Part shown: one piece after another, positions 52,962 to 53,564 of the stretch
Position numbering within the stretch: the stretch's first letter is position 1
Layout of the letters: every line of letters starts with the position of its first letter
Origin: a virus
Taxonomy: Duplodnaviria; Caudoviricetes
Length of the DNA stretch: 53,564 bases
Strand: one strand, 5' to 3'
Virus record (IMG/VR): IMGVR_UViG_3300042542_001939
Location: 1 to 53,564 of that record
Translations under genes and position numbers: made by a program
Notes under the pieces: generated by a model
The model's database searches: none
What the model was told of the DNA's origin: nothing
What the model saw: the letters and a program-made list of their open reading frames with translations, nothing else

Positions 52962-53564
52962 TTATGCGAATACCTGCACCGCGAAGGCGAAGGCTTGGTC
53001 GTTGGCTGTTGTTCCTGCGGCTGGTGTAGTCCATTCAACTATTCCCCCAGCAGAAACAGTTAAAAGTTGTCCTGCTGTTCCTATGCCGAGTCTAGCAGGG
53101 GTGTTAGCACCTGACGCATAGATGATGTCGCCTGTTGTTGTTACGAGAGAATTATTGATTACCCCTGAAGTTAGAGCAACCGTACCTGTTGTATCAGGGA
53201 AAGTAATTGTTCTATCTGCTGTTGGGTCTGTAATTGCTAAAGTTGTTTCAAAATCGTTGGCTGTTGTACCTTCAAAAACAACTGAACCGTCATTAAATAT
53301 GGCTCCAGTAATTACAGGACTTGTAAGGGTTTTATTCGTAAGAGTCTCAGAAACATCTTTCAAAAGAGTTCCGTTTACATAGTAAGCCTTGCCTGTAGCA
53401 AGATTAAAGTTTTCTGAAGATGTCCAAGCATCTGTTGAATCAACCCAGTTAAGTGTCTTGGTAGTTGTACCGTTAAGTGAAATACCGCCACCATCAGCGT
53501 TTACATCGGTTGGGCTTGTAACATCGTTAATAACAATGTTCTTATCCTCGACAACAAGGTTTGT
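52962..53564 (-). CDS. Fibre protein, 3' part (frame open to the window end)
   Basis: TNLVVEDKNI...ADGGGI...TLTNKTLTSP...DPTADRTITFPD. Confidence 0.8.
   Translation of the reverse strand, partial: TNLVVEDKNIVINDVTSPTDVNADGGGISLNGTTTKTLNWVDSTDAWTSSENFNLATGKAYYVNGTLLKDVSETLTNKTLTSPVITGAIFNDGSVVFEGTTANDFETTLAITDPTADRTITFPDTTGTVALTSGVINNSLVTTTGDIIYASGANTPARLGIGTAGQLLTVSAGGIVEWTTPAAGTTANDQAFAFAVQVFA

Noticed and set aside
1-53564. Integrase, transposase, intein, intron or alternative genetic code
   Set aside because: None recognised; core genes are full length in the standard code. The window is not the whole genome.

Overview
A large part of a tailed dsDNA siphophage genome, with no host genes seen. 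Two WhiB-family genes, an actinobacterial-type SSB, apparently leaderless starts and actinobacterial LexA boxes point to an Actinobacteria host, plausibly a low-GC freshwater lineage (inference). Most genes are on the minus strand. From right to left: fibre genes, head-tail connectors, two paralogous tail-tube genes, chaperone, tape measure, minor tail, lysis, Gam/ERF recombination, replication initiator with iterons, HNH/RusA, a DNA-modification module, terminases, a ~14.5 kb accessory region, portal, MuF, an effector cassette, prohead protease polyprotein and scaffold. Two things stand out. (1) Between MuF and the prohead protease, four proteins are built from modules that each begin with the same V-x-K-H-x(2-4)-H-D-Q-[KS]-[TS]-H-G-[SN]-W-A tag (7 copies plus 1 degenerate). 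The tags precede different cargo domains: two Arg-type ADP-ribosyltransferases, a third ART-like domain, a SAM-lyase-like domain, an HDxxGH domain, a GNAT and a ParB-like domain. This looks like a protease-processed, capsid-loaded effector system with candidate small antidote peptides. (2) A CmoA-like carboxy-SAM synthase is coupled to a C5 DNA methyltransferase whose motif X Asn is replaced by Arg, which predicts 5-carboxymethylcytosine DNA. All family assignments come from motif recognition by eye; no database search was run.
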